From assembly GCA_016196885.1 (NCBI GenBank), contig JACPWU010000019.1, positions 1 to 32,000 of the forward strand: DNA of 32,000 bases. The letters are read 5' to 3'. The stretch comes from Chlamydiota bacterium (GTDB lineage: Bacteria; Auribacterota; JACPWU01). Shown here in pieces: positions 1 through 7,998 of the stretch. Position numbers and translations under genes: made by a program. Positions within the stretch are counted from its first letter, which is position 1. Each line of letters opens with the position of its first letter. The notes under the pieces are model-generated. The model was not told the DNA's origin. It did not search any database and saw only the letters and a list, made by a program, of their open reading frames with translations.

Positions 1-432
1 AGAGAGTTTACATTTCTCAAGAATGTTTCGCGTATCCGCAATATTTCTAAAGGTATAGACGCCTTCCTTATCCACCCCTTCAATCAAGGGAATAAAGGGA
101 TTGCTTCCCGTGGCAAGAAGGAGGAGGTCATAAGAAATGAGAGATCCGTCAGATCCTGTAATCACCTTGCTTGCCGGATCGATGTCGATGGCTTTGACCC
201 CGAGTAGGAGTTTAATTTTATTTTTTTCATACCATTCTTTGGTATTGATATAAATCTCTTCTTCCTTTTTTTCTCCGGATAAAACGGCTGAAAGAAGAAT
301 TCGGTTATAGTTGTAATAAGGCTCTTCACTCAAAACAGTGATTTTAAAGTCAGGCTCACGCTTCAATATTTCATCCACACAGGCCATTCCAGCCATTCCA
401 TTTCCGACGACGACCAGATGTTTTGGATTCAT
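1..432 (-). CDS. FAD/NAD(P)-dependent oxidoreductase, nitrite reductase large subunit (NirB/NasD)-like N-terminal part; the gene continues beyond the window start
   Basis: Not in the ORF track because it runs off the edge. Hand translation from ATG (rc of 430-432): MNPKHLVVVGNGMAGMACVDEILKREPDFKITVLSEEPYYNYNRILLSAVLSGE...LLLATGSNPFIPLIEGVDKEGVYTFRNIADT. It has a GxGxxG fold plus YNRILLS and ATGS motifs, and the frame is open to position 1. Confidence 0.7.
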   Translation of the reverse strand, partial: MNPKHLVVVGNGMAGMACVDEILKREPDFKITVLSEEPYYNYNRILLSAVLSGEKKEEEIYINTKEWYEKNKIKLLLGVKAIDIDPASKVITGSDGSLISYDLLLLATGSNPFIPLIEGVDKEGVYTFRNIADTRNILEKCKLS

Positions 433-494
433 ATTTCACCCCTTTCACCTAAAAATAGTCTTTAGTCATTCTTATACAATGACTCATGATAGCT

Positions 495-568
495 TGTAGT
501 CGCCCGATTTATCGGGCAATGCCCAATGCCACAATGTCATAGACCGCCCCATAAATGGGGCGACTACA
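495..568. repeat. REPIN-like inverted doublet of a 23-nt unit (5' GTAG + small hairpin)
   Basis: 495-517 is TGTAGTCGCCCGATTTATCGGGC. The rc of 546-568 is TGTAGTCGCCCCATTTATGGGGC. The two units differ only by a flipped base pair in the 5-bp stem (G:C vs C:G) and are separated by 28 nt. Confidence 0.7.
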
Positions 569-781
569 GAATGAGCTTCACTTTCATAACAAAGTGAAAA
601 GAGGTTTTTCTTTTTTGATAGGGTCAAGCTTATTCATCACTTTCATCAAATCATCTTCATCCTCCTGAAAATTGGAAAGTGACTTACACTGCTCTTGCAC
701 AAGATTGTGGTGTGAATCATAAGACTCTTCATGAGGGTTTCGTGCTGCTTGAGAGTTATTGGAATAAAGTATTCAAATAAA

Positions 782-854
782 TGGAGCTGAGGGGAGTCGA
801 ACCCCTGACCCCGTCGTTGCGAACGACGTGCTCTACCAACTGAGCTACAGCCCC
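782..854 (-). tRNA. tRNA-Ala (anticodon CGC)
   Basis: rc reads GGGGCTGTAGCTCAGTTGGTAGAGCACGTCGTTCGCAACGACGGGGTCAGGGGTTCGACTCCCCTCAGCTCCA. It is a 73-nt cloverleaf with G3:U70, anticodon loop TTCGCAA and T-loop GGTTCGA. CCA is not encoded. Confidence 0.95.
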
Positions 855-919
855 TTTTTAAATTTTGGATTGAAAGAGAGAGCGTCGCGATTCTTCTAAC
901 ACTGTGAGCGTAGATTGAA

Positions 920-1096
920 TTATTCCGCTTTATGCTCGCAATCACAAGTTCTGGAGGCTAGGACACAATGCATGCAGGAGCACGTGGAAATGCAGCCGCA
1001 GGGGACATGTTCTTTGATGATGTCTTGAGATCCGCAGCCTGAAATAGAAATGAAGAGACCGATTCCAAAAATAAGGCCTAAAATGATTCTTCTCAA
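920..1096 (-). CDS. small Cys-rich lipoprotein (58 aa, TTG start)
   Basis: Below the ORF-track size cutoff. An AAGGAGA RBS lies 7 nt upstream of TTG (rc of 1094-1096). Translation: LRRIILGLIFGIGLFISISGCGSQDIIKEHVPCGCISTCSCMHCVLASRTCDCEHKAE. It has a signal peptide with an ISGC lipobox and 8 Cys in the 38-aa mature part. Confidence 0.5.
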   Translation of the reverse strand: MRRIILGLIFGIGLFISISGCGSQDIIKEHVPCGCISTCSCMHCVLASRTCDCEHKAE

Positions 1097-1136
1097 AGAT
1101 AATTCTCCTTAAAATACTATTCCGACCTCCATTATT

Positions 1137-2423
1137 TCATGAGCGCGTGCGATTTTCAATATTTGTTTCGATTTGGTTTTCCTCGACTCTGAATAGGAAG
1201 ACAAGGCCCAGGATGAAGAAGGCGAGAATGCTTAAGACGGCGGGTTTTTGGCTTCCAAAGAATTGAGAGATGAAGCCAAAGAGAAGGGGGCCCAAGAAAG
1301 ATGAAAATTTGGTGAAAATGGAAAAGAATCCGAAAAATTCTCCCGCTTTTTCAGATGGAGTTGCCAGGGCAACAAAGCTTCTTGAGGCAGCTTGGCAAGA
1401 GCCCAGTCCCAGGCCTGCAACCATGGACAGAATCCAGAAACAGAGTTTGCTCTGGGTGAAATAAATCCCGAGCAAGGTGCCAATCCATAAAATCAGCGTT
1501 CTTAGAATGGTTTTGCGTGCCCCGATTTGATCTACCCAGAATCCTGAAATAAATGCCCCCAGAAAACAAGTGATTTGAAGAAAGATAAATAGAAGAGAAA
1601 TTTCTTTCAGACTCATGTGCAAGGTTTGCCGGGCGTAGAGGCTAGAAAAAGTGATGAGGGTGCTCAGACCATCGTTATAAAAGAAAAAGGAGAGCAGAAA
1701 TTTAAAGAGGTTGCGATGCTTGAAAAACTCCCGACGTGTTTGACGGAGGGCTTGAAGACTTTTTTGAAAGTTTTGAAGGAAGGTGTTGTGGGTCGTAACA
1801 TCTTCCGTTTTTAAGAAGAGGAAAGTGGGGAGAGAAAAGATGAGAAAGAAAAGGGCTGTGAAAAGGAAGATTTTTGAAAACTGGTTTTGAGAAAGCCAAG
1901 GGTAGGAGAAAATCAGACTTGCGATTCCGCCCAGGTATCCAAATGCCCAACCGAATCCAGAGATTTTCCCTAAATTTTTCGAATTCGAGATTTTGAGAAG
2001 CAGGGCGTTGTAGAAAACCAGGCTGGTACCAAAGCCAAAAAAGCTCACAACAAAAAGGCTGATGCCTTTGAAAATCATTCCTGCCTTGGCAAGCGAGAGA
2101 CAGGCGGTTGCGGCGATTGAGAGAAGAGTCAGGAAAATGAGTCCCTTTTTTCGAGATCCCACTTGATCCGAAAAGGCTCCGAGAATCGGAGAGAAGAGCG
2201 CGACCAACAGGTAGCCCAGGGCCAGGGACAATCCCCAAAGAAAATCTCCATGACTTTTGCCGCCACAGATGATTTCTTTAAAATAAATGCTGTAGGTGAA
2301 GGTGAGAATTAAAGTCGAATAAGCAGAATTTGCAAAGTCATAAAAGCTCCAGGCCAAAATTTGAAGAAGATGAGATTTTTTTTGGGAGAAATGAGTGATC
2401 AAAGGATTAGACGGTTTCTTCAT
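1137..2423 (-). CDS. MFS transporter, UMF1/Atg22-like
   Basis: 428-aa ORF that is polytopic throughout. The N-terminal WSFYDFANSAYSTLILTF motif is typical of the UMF1 family. It overlaps the tatC stop. Confidence 0.8.
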   Translation of the reverse strand: MKKPSNPLITHFSQKKSHLLQILAWSFYDFANSAYSTLILTFTYSIYFKEIICGGKSHGDFLWGLSLALGYLLVALFSPILGAFSDQVGSRKKGLIFLTLLSIAATACLSLAKAGMIFKGISLFVVSFFGFGTSLVFYNALLLKISNSKNLGKISGFGWAFGYLGGIASLIFSYPWLSQNQFSKIFLFTALFFLIFSLPTFLFLKTEDVTTHNTFLQNFQKSLQALRQTRREFFKHRNLFKFLLSFFFYNDGLSTLITFSSLYARQTLHMSLKEISLLFIFLQITCFLGAFISGFWVDQIGARKTILRTLILWIGTLLGIYFTQSKLCFWILSMVAGLGLGSCQAASRSFVALATPSEKAGEFFGFFSIFTKFSSFLGPLLFGFISQFFGSQKPAVLSILAFFILGLVFLFRVEENQIETNIENRTRS

Positions 2424-3192
2424 TTTTAGGCTTTTCGATTCGCCCGCCTAGCCGAATACAAATTTCATAAAGAATGATCATGGGAAGTGCTAAGAGAATT
2501 TGGCTGAACGCATCGGTCGAGGGGGTGAGAACGGCGGCCACAATGACGATGATGACAATGGCGTGTCTCCTTTTCTCACGTAAGAGACGGACTTCGAGAA
2601 CGTCAAATTTAATCAAGGTTAAAATGACCAGAGGGAGTTCGAAGGCAATCCCAAAAGAGAGCATGAGAAAAACAGAAAAGGAAATATAATTTTCAATGGT
2701 CCAGGAAGGGATGATGCCCATCATTTGATGGTATTTCCAAAAGAAGTGCAGGCTTTGAGGAAGGGCAACCCCGTAGCAGAGCAAGACACCCAGAATGAAA
2801 AGCATGTTTCCCCAAAGAAAAATGGGGAGGAGGTATTTTTTTTCTTTGGAGGTGAGGCCCGGAAGAATAAATTGGCTGAGAAAATAGGAACAAAACGGAA
2901 AAGCCAAAAGAAGCCCTGAGAAAAATGAGATTTTAAGACTGAGGATAAAGGCCCCGGCAGGTGAAAGACTCCGGAGCATTTCTCTTTCGAGATTTGCTTG
3001 GCCAATCTTGGTCAGCATGTGTGAGAGAGGGAACTTAAGAAGATGAAGAATTCTGGCTGAAAAGGCGAAGGAGAGAAAGGTTGCCCCTACGATGACGAGA
3101 AGAACTTTTAGAAGGGTACCTCGTAAGTCTTCTAAGTGATCCGGGAAGGATTTTTGCTCGAGGGGAAGGTCGGTCTTATTCCTTAGGCGCAT
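2407..3192 (-). CDS. tatC: twin-arginine translocase subunit TatC
   Basis: 261 aa with six-TM TatC architecture and the N-terminal [11 protein letters not shown] motif. It lies directly downstream of tatA, with overlap. Confidence 0.9.
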   Translation of the reverse strand: MRLRNKTDLPLEQKSFPDHLEDLRGTLLKVLLVIVGATFLSFAFSARILHLLKFPLSHMLTKIGQANLEREMLRSLSPAGAFILSLKISFFSGLLLAFPFCSYFLSQFILPGLTSKEKKYLLPIFLWGNMLFILGVLLCYGVALPQSLHFFWKYHQMMGIIPSWTIENYISFSVFLMLSFGIAFELPLVILTLIKFDVLEVRLLREKRRHAIVIIVIVAAVLTPSTDAFSQILLALPMIILYEICIRLGGRIEKPKNEETV

Positions 3193-3352
3193 TCGGATCT
3201 TTAGGTTCTTCGTCGTCCTCTCCTTTTATGGCCTTCTTAAATTCTTTGATCCCTTTCCCAAGGGATTTGGCAATTTCAGGAAGCCGTTTGGCTCCGAAGA
3301 GAAGGAGAATAATGAGCAATATAACAATCCATTCCGACCCGCCGGGCATCAT
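3176..3352 (-). CDS. tatA: twin-arginine translocase subunit TatA/E
   Basis: [45 protein letters not shown] carries the FGxxRLPE TatA signature. I chose the ATG at 3352 (AAAGGA RBS 7 nt upstream) over the TTG at 3382 in the track. Confidence 0.88.
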   Translation of the reverse strand: MMPGGSEWIVILLIILLLFGAKRLPEIAKSLGKGIKEFKKAIKGEDDEEPKDPNAPKE

Positions 3353-3436
3353 AGGAATTCCTTTCAGGATTGACTCTATCAAAGAGGATGAGAGAAAACA
3401 ATTAGATATTGACTTGTGTTCTTTGAGGGATCTATA

Positions 3437-3653
3437 ATCCTCAATACCGAAGTTGAATCATGGAATTCGACGCATCCCACAGGGACTATAAAAGCTTGAG
3501 ATCTTGAGCCATCTTGACCTTCAGAAATGCTCGACGGGCATTTTTTTATGCATGCCTGCGCTTTCTTCAGGCCAATCCCACAGGGACTGCAAAGGCCTGT
3601 CTGGCTCAAGCTTTTGTGTCTCGGTTCTCATGCTCAACTTCGGTATTGAGGAT
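3437..3653. repeat. 217-bp element bounded by 20-bp perfect inverted repeats (MITE-like or structured RNA)
   Basis: ATCCTCAATACCGAAGTTGA at 3437-3456 is the exact rc of 3634-3653. Inside are an 11-bp inverted pair (AAAAGCTTGAG 3490-3500 / 3605-3615) and a direct repeat ATCCCACAGGGACT at 3474-3487 and 3575-3588. Confidence 0.65.
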
Positions 3654-3685
3654 AATTTTTCAAAAGGATAGGGGAAGGGGGGGGC

Positions 3686-4207
3686 ATGATCCAGAAAAGG
3701 ATTTTTGCTTGGTCTGTTTTCGCGGGTCTTGTGCTTTTGTGGGGGTGCAGCACGGGTGACAATGGTCTGAATTACAGCGGGAATGTTAAATCCACTTTGA
3801 ATGTCACAGGTAATTACGAAGTTAAAAGAACGCCTCTTCCTTCCTTAAATAATTTTACCATCACACAAACCAACAATCTGATCCAAGCGGTTAGCAACGA
3901 CGGTGTTGTTTATAAAGGGACGACGCCCGGAGATCTGGAGACTGTTTTTTCAACCGAGGATGGAACAGGGATTAGCACCACGGGTTCATCCACGATCACA
4001 ACTTCGATGACCCTCCAAGGGACAGATGGGGGCGGGACGGTCCGAACTTTACTTCTGACGAGCATTACCTTTTATGTGGAGGATCCTTTTAGTACGACGG
4101 GTTCTTCAAGTATCACGACGGCTGTGAAAGTGACGGGACTGGCTGGCACTTACACAGACAGTGGTGGAGTCAATGGTGCCATTGAGATGGTGTCAAACAC
4201 CTTGTAG
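3686..4207 (+). CDS. secreted lipoprotein, Thr/Gly/Ser-rich with internal repeat, unknown function
   Basis: MIQKRIFAWSVFAGLVLLWGCSTG has a signal peptide plus LWGC lipobox. The block STTGSS(T/S)ITT occurs twice. Confidence 0.7.
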   Translation: MIQKRIFAWSVFAGLVLLWGCSTGDNGLNYSGNVKSTLNVTGNYEVKRTPLPSLNNFTITQTNNLIQAVSNDGVVYKGTTPGDLETVFSTEDGTGISTTGSSTITTSMTLQGTDGGGTVRTLLLTSITFYVEDPFSTTGSSSITTAVKVTGLAGTYTDSGGVNGAIEMVSNTL

Positions 4208-4238
4208 CCGGATCAGACGTTTTAAAAATTAAAAGCTC

Positions 4239-4304
4239 AGAAATCAAAATGCAAAATAAAGGAGTTTATTAAATTATTCCTTAATTTTGATTTTTGGATT
4301 TTTT
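4239..4304. repeat. heptad-arm hairpin H1, between convergent genes
   Basis: Left arm AAATCAA AATGCAA AATAAAG; right arm CCTTAAT TTTGATT TTTGGAT. The loop is A/T-rich and T-runs follow on both strands, so it may act as a bidirectional terminator. Confidence 0.55.
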
Positions 4305-4319
4305 GCCACGCACCAATCA

Positions 4320-4493
4320 CTAGTTTTGATAGACCTCAACATCCTCCCATCCTTTTTCTTCCAAGCGTCCTTGGCCCGTGATGCCTTTCTGAATGTCCTG
4401 GGAAGCTTCATTGAGAGTCGCATCTGGGGTTTCACATCCAAAAAAAGAAATGAGATTCAGTAAAAGGGCGAGGAGTAAAAATATTTTTTTCAC
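4320..4493 (-). CDS. small lipoprotein (57 aa, GTG start), possibly entericidin-like
   Basis: Below the track cutoff. A GGGAG RBS precedes GTG (rc of 4491-4493). Translation: VKKIFLLLALLLNLISFFGCETPDATLNEASQDIQKGITGQGRLEEKGWEDVEVYQN. It has a signal peptide plus FFGC lipobox and lies 54 nt downstream of the 4548-6470 gene on the same strand. Confidence 0.5.
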   Translation of the reverse strand: MKKIFLLLALLLNLISFFGCETPDATLNEASQDIQKGITGQGRLEEKGWEDVEVYQN

Positions 4494-4547
4494 GGAGACT
4501 CCCTTCTCTATAAACAGAATTCATTTTAGTCTACTCCTTTTCTTTTT

Positions 4548-6470
4548 TCAATCTGATTGCGTGTTTGAGAAAAGACGCTCTTGCACGATAGCCAAGTTGT
4601 GCTGAGCCTCGGGTGTAGGTTTGATCCGAATCGCCTTTTGAAAGGCCTGAAGTGATTTTTCGAGGGAGTTCGTTTCCAAATAAAGCGTTCCGAGATTAAA
4701 ATAGGCCTGATAGGATTTCGGATTGTATTCTGAGCCTCCCTCAAGAAGCGTTATTGCCTTTTTAATATCTCCTTTTTCTTCTTCGAGATAGGCCAAATTA
4801 ATCCAAGCCTCTGTCCATTCAGGTGTTGAAATGATCACCTTTGAATAAATCTCTTCGACCCTAGCATTTTCCCCGAGCGCTAGATAAAGTCTGGCCCTAT
4901 AAATTTCTGAGAGGGGCGGCAGATGTTCAGGGGGAAGAAAGGGAAGCCATTTTTTTAAGGATGAGTAGATGGAGTTTTCGGATACGATTTCTTTTCTCTG
5001 AACCCCTTTTTGTTCGGGCTCTCTCTTTTTTTCAAATAGGACAGCCATGTCATCAAAATAAGATAGTTGCCAGTCTGGATTTTGGGCCAATTTCGAAATC
5101 AGCCTCAGGGAATCTTTTTGAATGTGATCGAGCAAAATGCATGAAAAATCCTGCCACGCCCCTTCATTTTTTATCATCTGATGATATTCATTGAGGCGTT
5201 TTTCACCAGCGACTTCTAACCGTGTGTCTATGAAAGGAGTGAGTTGAGGCCACGCTTCATAAATAAGGGCGGGTCCCCATTCAAGCGTATTGAAAATTTT
5301 TTCATGAGAATGATACTCGGCCAAATATTGAATCGCCTTTTGAGGAAAAATTTCAGGGGCAATGCCAAGCCCAAAGCGTTCAATTCTTTGGTCTCTGACA
5401 AAAAATTGATTGGAAAAAATGAGCCACGAAAGATAAAGACTGCCAGTTAAATAAAATATTTTCATGAGGATCAGGGATTTGTACTTGTCCGCTGGACGCT
5501 GTCCGCTATCCGCTGTTTTTATATTTTTAAGAATGACCACAAAGGCGATCAATGAAAAAAGGGCGATGTTTCTTTGGGAAAGTGTGGCAAGGCCTGAGAA
5601 AAGAATGAAGAGAAGAACATGGGCCTTGGGGACGCGCTTGATTTTAAAAAAAAGAAGAATGATTCCCAGTCCTAACAAAATATAAAAGCAATAGATTGAA
5701 AGAGTCGGGTTCTCAATGGAAAAAGGAGATTTCAATTCTCCAATCATCAAAGAGGGTGCTTCTTGTTTAAACGAAATTTCTTTCAAAAGGGTGAAGGGGA
5801 AGAGAAATCCCTGAAGGCCATAAGGGTTGATGAAACAAGCGCCTACCGTAAGAATGAAGATCAGGGCATGATTGAGAGCAGGTTTCTTTTCCAAAATATT
5901 TTCGAGAAGATAGACGCTGATCAGGGCAGGGCCCATCATGAAAAGACCTTCTGTATTCGTCCATAAAATTTGAAGAAAAGGTAAAATCCACAATGCCTTT
6001 TCATTTTTTTCTCGAGCCCTTTCGAGAACAAAGAGGTCAATGCCCAGAAAAAGAAAGCTCATAAGTTCAGGTCTCAATTGAAAACGTTCTTGGCAGGCCA
6101 GAGCCGTCAAAATAAAAAGGGGCCAGGTTAAAAGAGAATCATTTTTGGAAAAATCGATGGTCTTGAGTAGAAAGATGAAGATTAAAAATAGAAAAATAAT
6201 TCTAAGTAAATTAATTCCGAGAAGTCCAAAAAAATGGCCTGTGAAAAAGGTTAGAATTTGAAAAAGCCAGTGAAGATCGATCCAGAGGACATTGGGATTC
6301 AAACCATAAATATCAGTTCTTGGAATTTGGAGGTGTTCAAAAATCCATTCCCCTGTTTTGAAATGCCAGCCCAAATCATGTGCTGTGATCGTGGTGAAAT
6401 TCATGAGGGCCAGGAGCAGAAAAGAGAGAACGCACAAGCATTTTTGTGCTCGAGAGAGGGTTACCGCCAT
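4548..6470 (-). CDS. polytopic membrane protein with C-terminal TPR repeats (GT-C-type glycosyltransferase-like architecture; function unassigned)
   Basis: 640 aa. About 450 aa are multi-TM, with the N-terminal motif HDLGWHFKTGEWI. The C-terminal ~170 aa are TPR-like (LALGENARVEEIY..., AYFNLGTLYLETNSLEKSLQAFQKAIRI). Confidence 0.75.
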   Translation of the reverse strand: MAVTLSRAQKCLCVLSFLLLALMNFTTITAHDLGWHFKTGEWIFEHLQIPRTDIYGLNPNVLWIDLHWLFQILTFFTGHFFGLLGINLLRIIFLFLIFIFLLKTIDFSKNDSLLTWPLFILTALACQERFQLRPELMSFLFLGIDLFVLERAREKNEKALWILPFLQILWTNTEGLFMMGPALISVYLLENILEKKPALNHALIFILTVGACFINPYGLQGFLFPFTLLKEISFKQEAPSLMIGELKSPFSIENPTLSIYCFYILLGLGIILLFFKIKRVPKAHVLLFILFSGLATLSQRNIALFSLIAFVVILKNIKTADSGQRPADKYKSLILMKIFYLTGSLYLSWLIFSNQFFVRDQRIERFGLGIAPEIFPQKAIQYLAEYHSHEKIFNTLEWGPALIYEAWPQLTPFIDTRLEVAGEKRLNEYHQMIKNEGAWQDFSCILLDHIQKDSLRLISKLAQNPDWQLSYFDDMAVLFEKKREPEQKGVQRKEIVSENSIYSSLKKWLPFLPPEHLPPLSEIYRARLYLALGENARVEEIYSKVIISTPEWTEAWINLAYLEEEKGDIKKAITLLEGGSEYNPKSYQAYFNLGTLYLETNSLEKSLQAFQKAIRIKPTPEAQHNLAIVQERLFSNTQSD

Positions 6471-7993
6471 AAGGTTCTATCGAGGGAGCGGTATTGAATG
6501 GCTTCTGAGATGTGAGCCGATTCTACGAATTCACTTTCGCCAAGATCCGCAATCGTTCGCGCGACTTTGAGAATGCGGTCATAGGCCCGGGCGCTCATGC
6601 CCCATTCAGTGATGGCCATTTTCAAAAGTTCTTTCCCTTCGGCCTGAAGCGGGCAATGTTTTCGAATCTCTTTCAAATTCATCTGGGCGTTGGTGAAAGC
6701 GCCCTTTTTCTTAAAGCGTTCCTTTTGGATGTCTCGGGCTTTTTGAACCCGATCACGAACTTGAGCAGAACTTTCTGCAGAGGTCTCGCTTGAAAGCTCA
6801 TGGTATTTCACCTCAGGGACTTCAATGTGAATGTCCATGCGGTCGAGCAAAGGTCCTGAAATTTTGGAGCGATAGCGCTGGACTTGAATAGGCGTACATC
6901 TGCATTCTCGGCGGGGATCTGTGAAATAACCACAAGGGCAGGGATTCATGGCACTCACCAACATGAAGCGGGCGGGATAAGTCAAGGAGCCCGCGGCACG
7001 TGTGATGGTCACATGTCCTTCTTCAAGGGGCTGGCGCATGACTTCTAAAACATTTCTTCTGAATTCGGGAAGCTCGTCTAGAAAAAGAACGCCATGATGG
7101 GAAAGGCTGATTTCTCCAGGCTTTGGGAAAGTGCCTCCTCCCACAAGCCCAATGTCGCTGATGGTATGATGGGGCGAACGAAAAGGACGTTTTGTCAGCA
7201 GGGCTTTTTGCCTCGACAGAGTTCCTGCGACACTGTGAATTTTAGTGGTTTCTAAGGCTTCCTCTAAACTCATTGAAGGAAGAATGCTGGGAAGCGATTT
7301 TGCCAATAGAGTTTTACCTGAGCCTGGCGGCCCGATCATGAGGAGATGATGAGCCCCTGCCGCAGCGACTTCCAAGGCCCTTTTGGCCATGCCCTGGCCC
7401 TTAATCTCTGAGAGGTCCAATTCAGCAGGGCCATTTTCTTGAAAAAGATTTTCAGGATAAAGGACATGATTTTCCAAGGTTATTTCCTTTGAAAGAAAGC
7501 GGGCCGCATCTCCCAAGGTTGAGACGCCATACACATTTAAACCTTTTACCACGGCTGCTTCTTGAATGTTTTCGGGGGAGACGAGCATTCCCTTTTTACC
7601 TTCTTTTAAGGCTTGTAAGGCCATGGGCAGAATTCCACGAATCGGACGCACCTTGCCGTCCAGGGCCAACTCTCCAACAATGGTGTATTCATCAATGGAG
7701 GGAACGTTGAATTGACCGGAGGCGATGAGAATGCCAAGCGCAATGGGTAAATCAAAATTGGGACCTTCCTTTTTCGTATTGGCTGGGGCGAGGTTGACCG
7801 TGATTCTTTTGGGGGGATGATGATACCCCGAATTTTCAAGAGCTGATTTGACACGGTCACGAGCTTCTTTAACCGAAGTGTCCGGAAGACCCACCACAAT
7901 GGTCGTTGGCAACCCCTGTGCAATATCCACCTCAATTTCAACGGTATAGGCCTCGACGCCTAACACGGCACTGGAATAAACTTTGGAAAGCAT
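6461..7993 (-). CDS. yifB: YifB/ComM-family Mg-chelatase-like AAA+ ATPase
   Basis: 510 aa with a Lon-protease-like N-domain, Walker A GPPGSGKT, Walker B VLFLDELPEF and a Cys cluster CPCGY...C.C. Confidence 0.9.
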   Translation of the reverse strand: MLSKVYSSAVLGVEAYTVEIEVDIAQGLPTTIVVGLPDTSVKEARDRVKSALENSGYHHPPKRITVNLAPANTKKEGPNFDLPIALGILIASGQFNVPSIDEYTIVGELALDGKVRPIRGILPMALQALKEGKKGMLVSPENIQEAAVVKGLNVYGVSTLGDAARFLSKEITLENHVLYPENLFQENGPAELDLSEIKGQGMAKRALEVAAAGAHHLLMIGPPGSGKTLLAKSLPSILPSMSLEEALETTKIHSVAGTLSRQKALLTKRPFRSPHHTISDIGLVGGGTFPKPGEISLSHHGVLFLDELPEFRRNVLEVMRQPLEEGHVTITRAAGSLTYPARFMLVSAMNPCPCGYFTDPRRECRCTPIQVQRYRSKISGPLLDRMDIHIEVPEVKYHELSSETSAESSAQVRDRVQKARDIQKERFKKKGAFTNAQMNLKEIRKHCPLQAEGKELLKMAITEWGMSARAYDRILKVARTIADLGESEFVESAHISEAIQYRSLDRTLWR

Positions 7994-7998
7994 GATAA

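Noticed and set aside
465-483. Palindrome GTCATT-N7-AATGAC upstream of the NirB-like gene, considered as a regulator operator
   Set aside because: The arms are only 6 bp and it matches no known box (FNR, NsrR, etc.) that I can recognise. It could be chance.
577-615. 8-bp hairpin TTCACTTT-CATAAC-AAAGTGAA followed by T-runs, considered as the terminator of a plus-strand sRNA that includes the REPIN-like doublet
   Set aside because: I could find no convincing promoter upstream, and the T-run starts 6 nt after the stem. It remains speculative without expression data.
646-945. 99-aa track ORF on the minus strand
   Set aside because: It runs straight through the tRNA-Ala gene (782-854), and part of its translation (SVGRARRSQRRGQGFDSPQLH) is simply the tRNA read as protein. 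It is spurious.
3474-3588. Direct repeat ATCCCACAGGGACT spaced 101 nt apart, considered as a possible CRISPR array
   Set aside because: There are only two local copies, the spacing is far larger than CRISPR spacers, there are no cas genes, and the repeats lie inside an inverted-repeat-bounded element.
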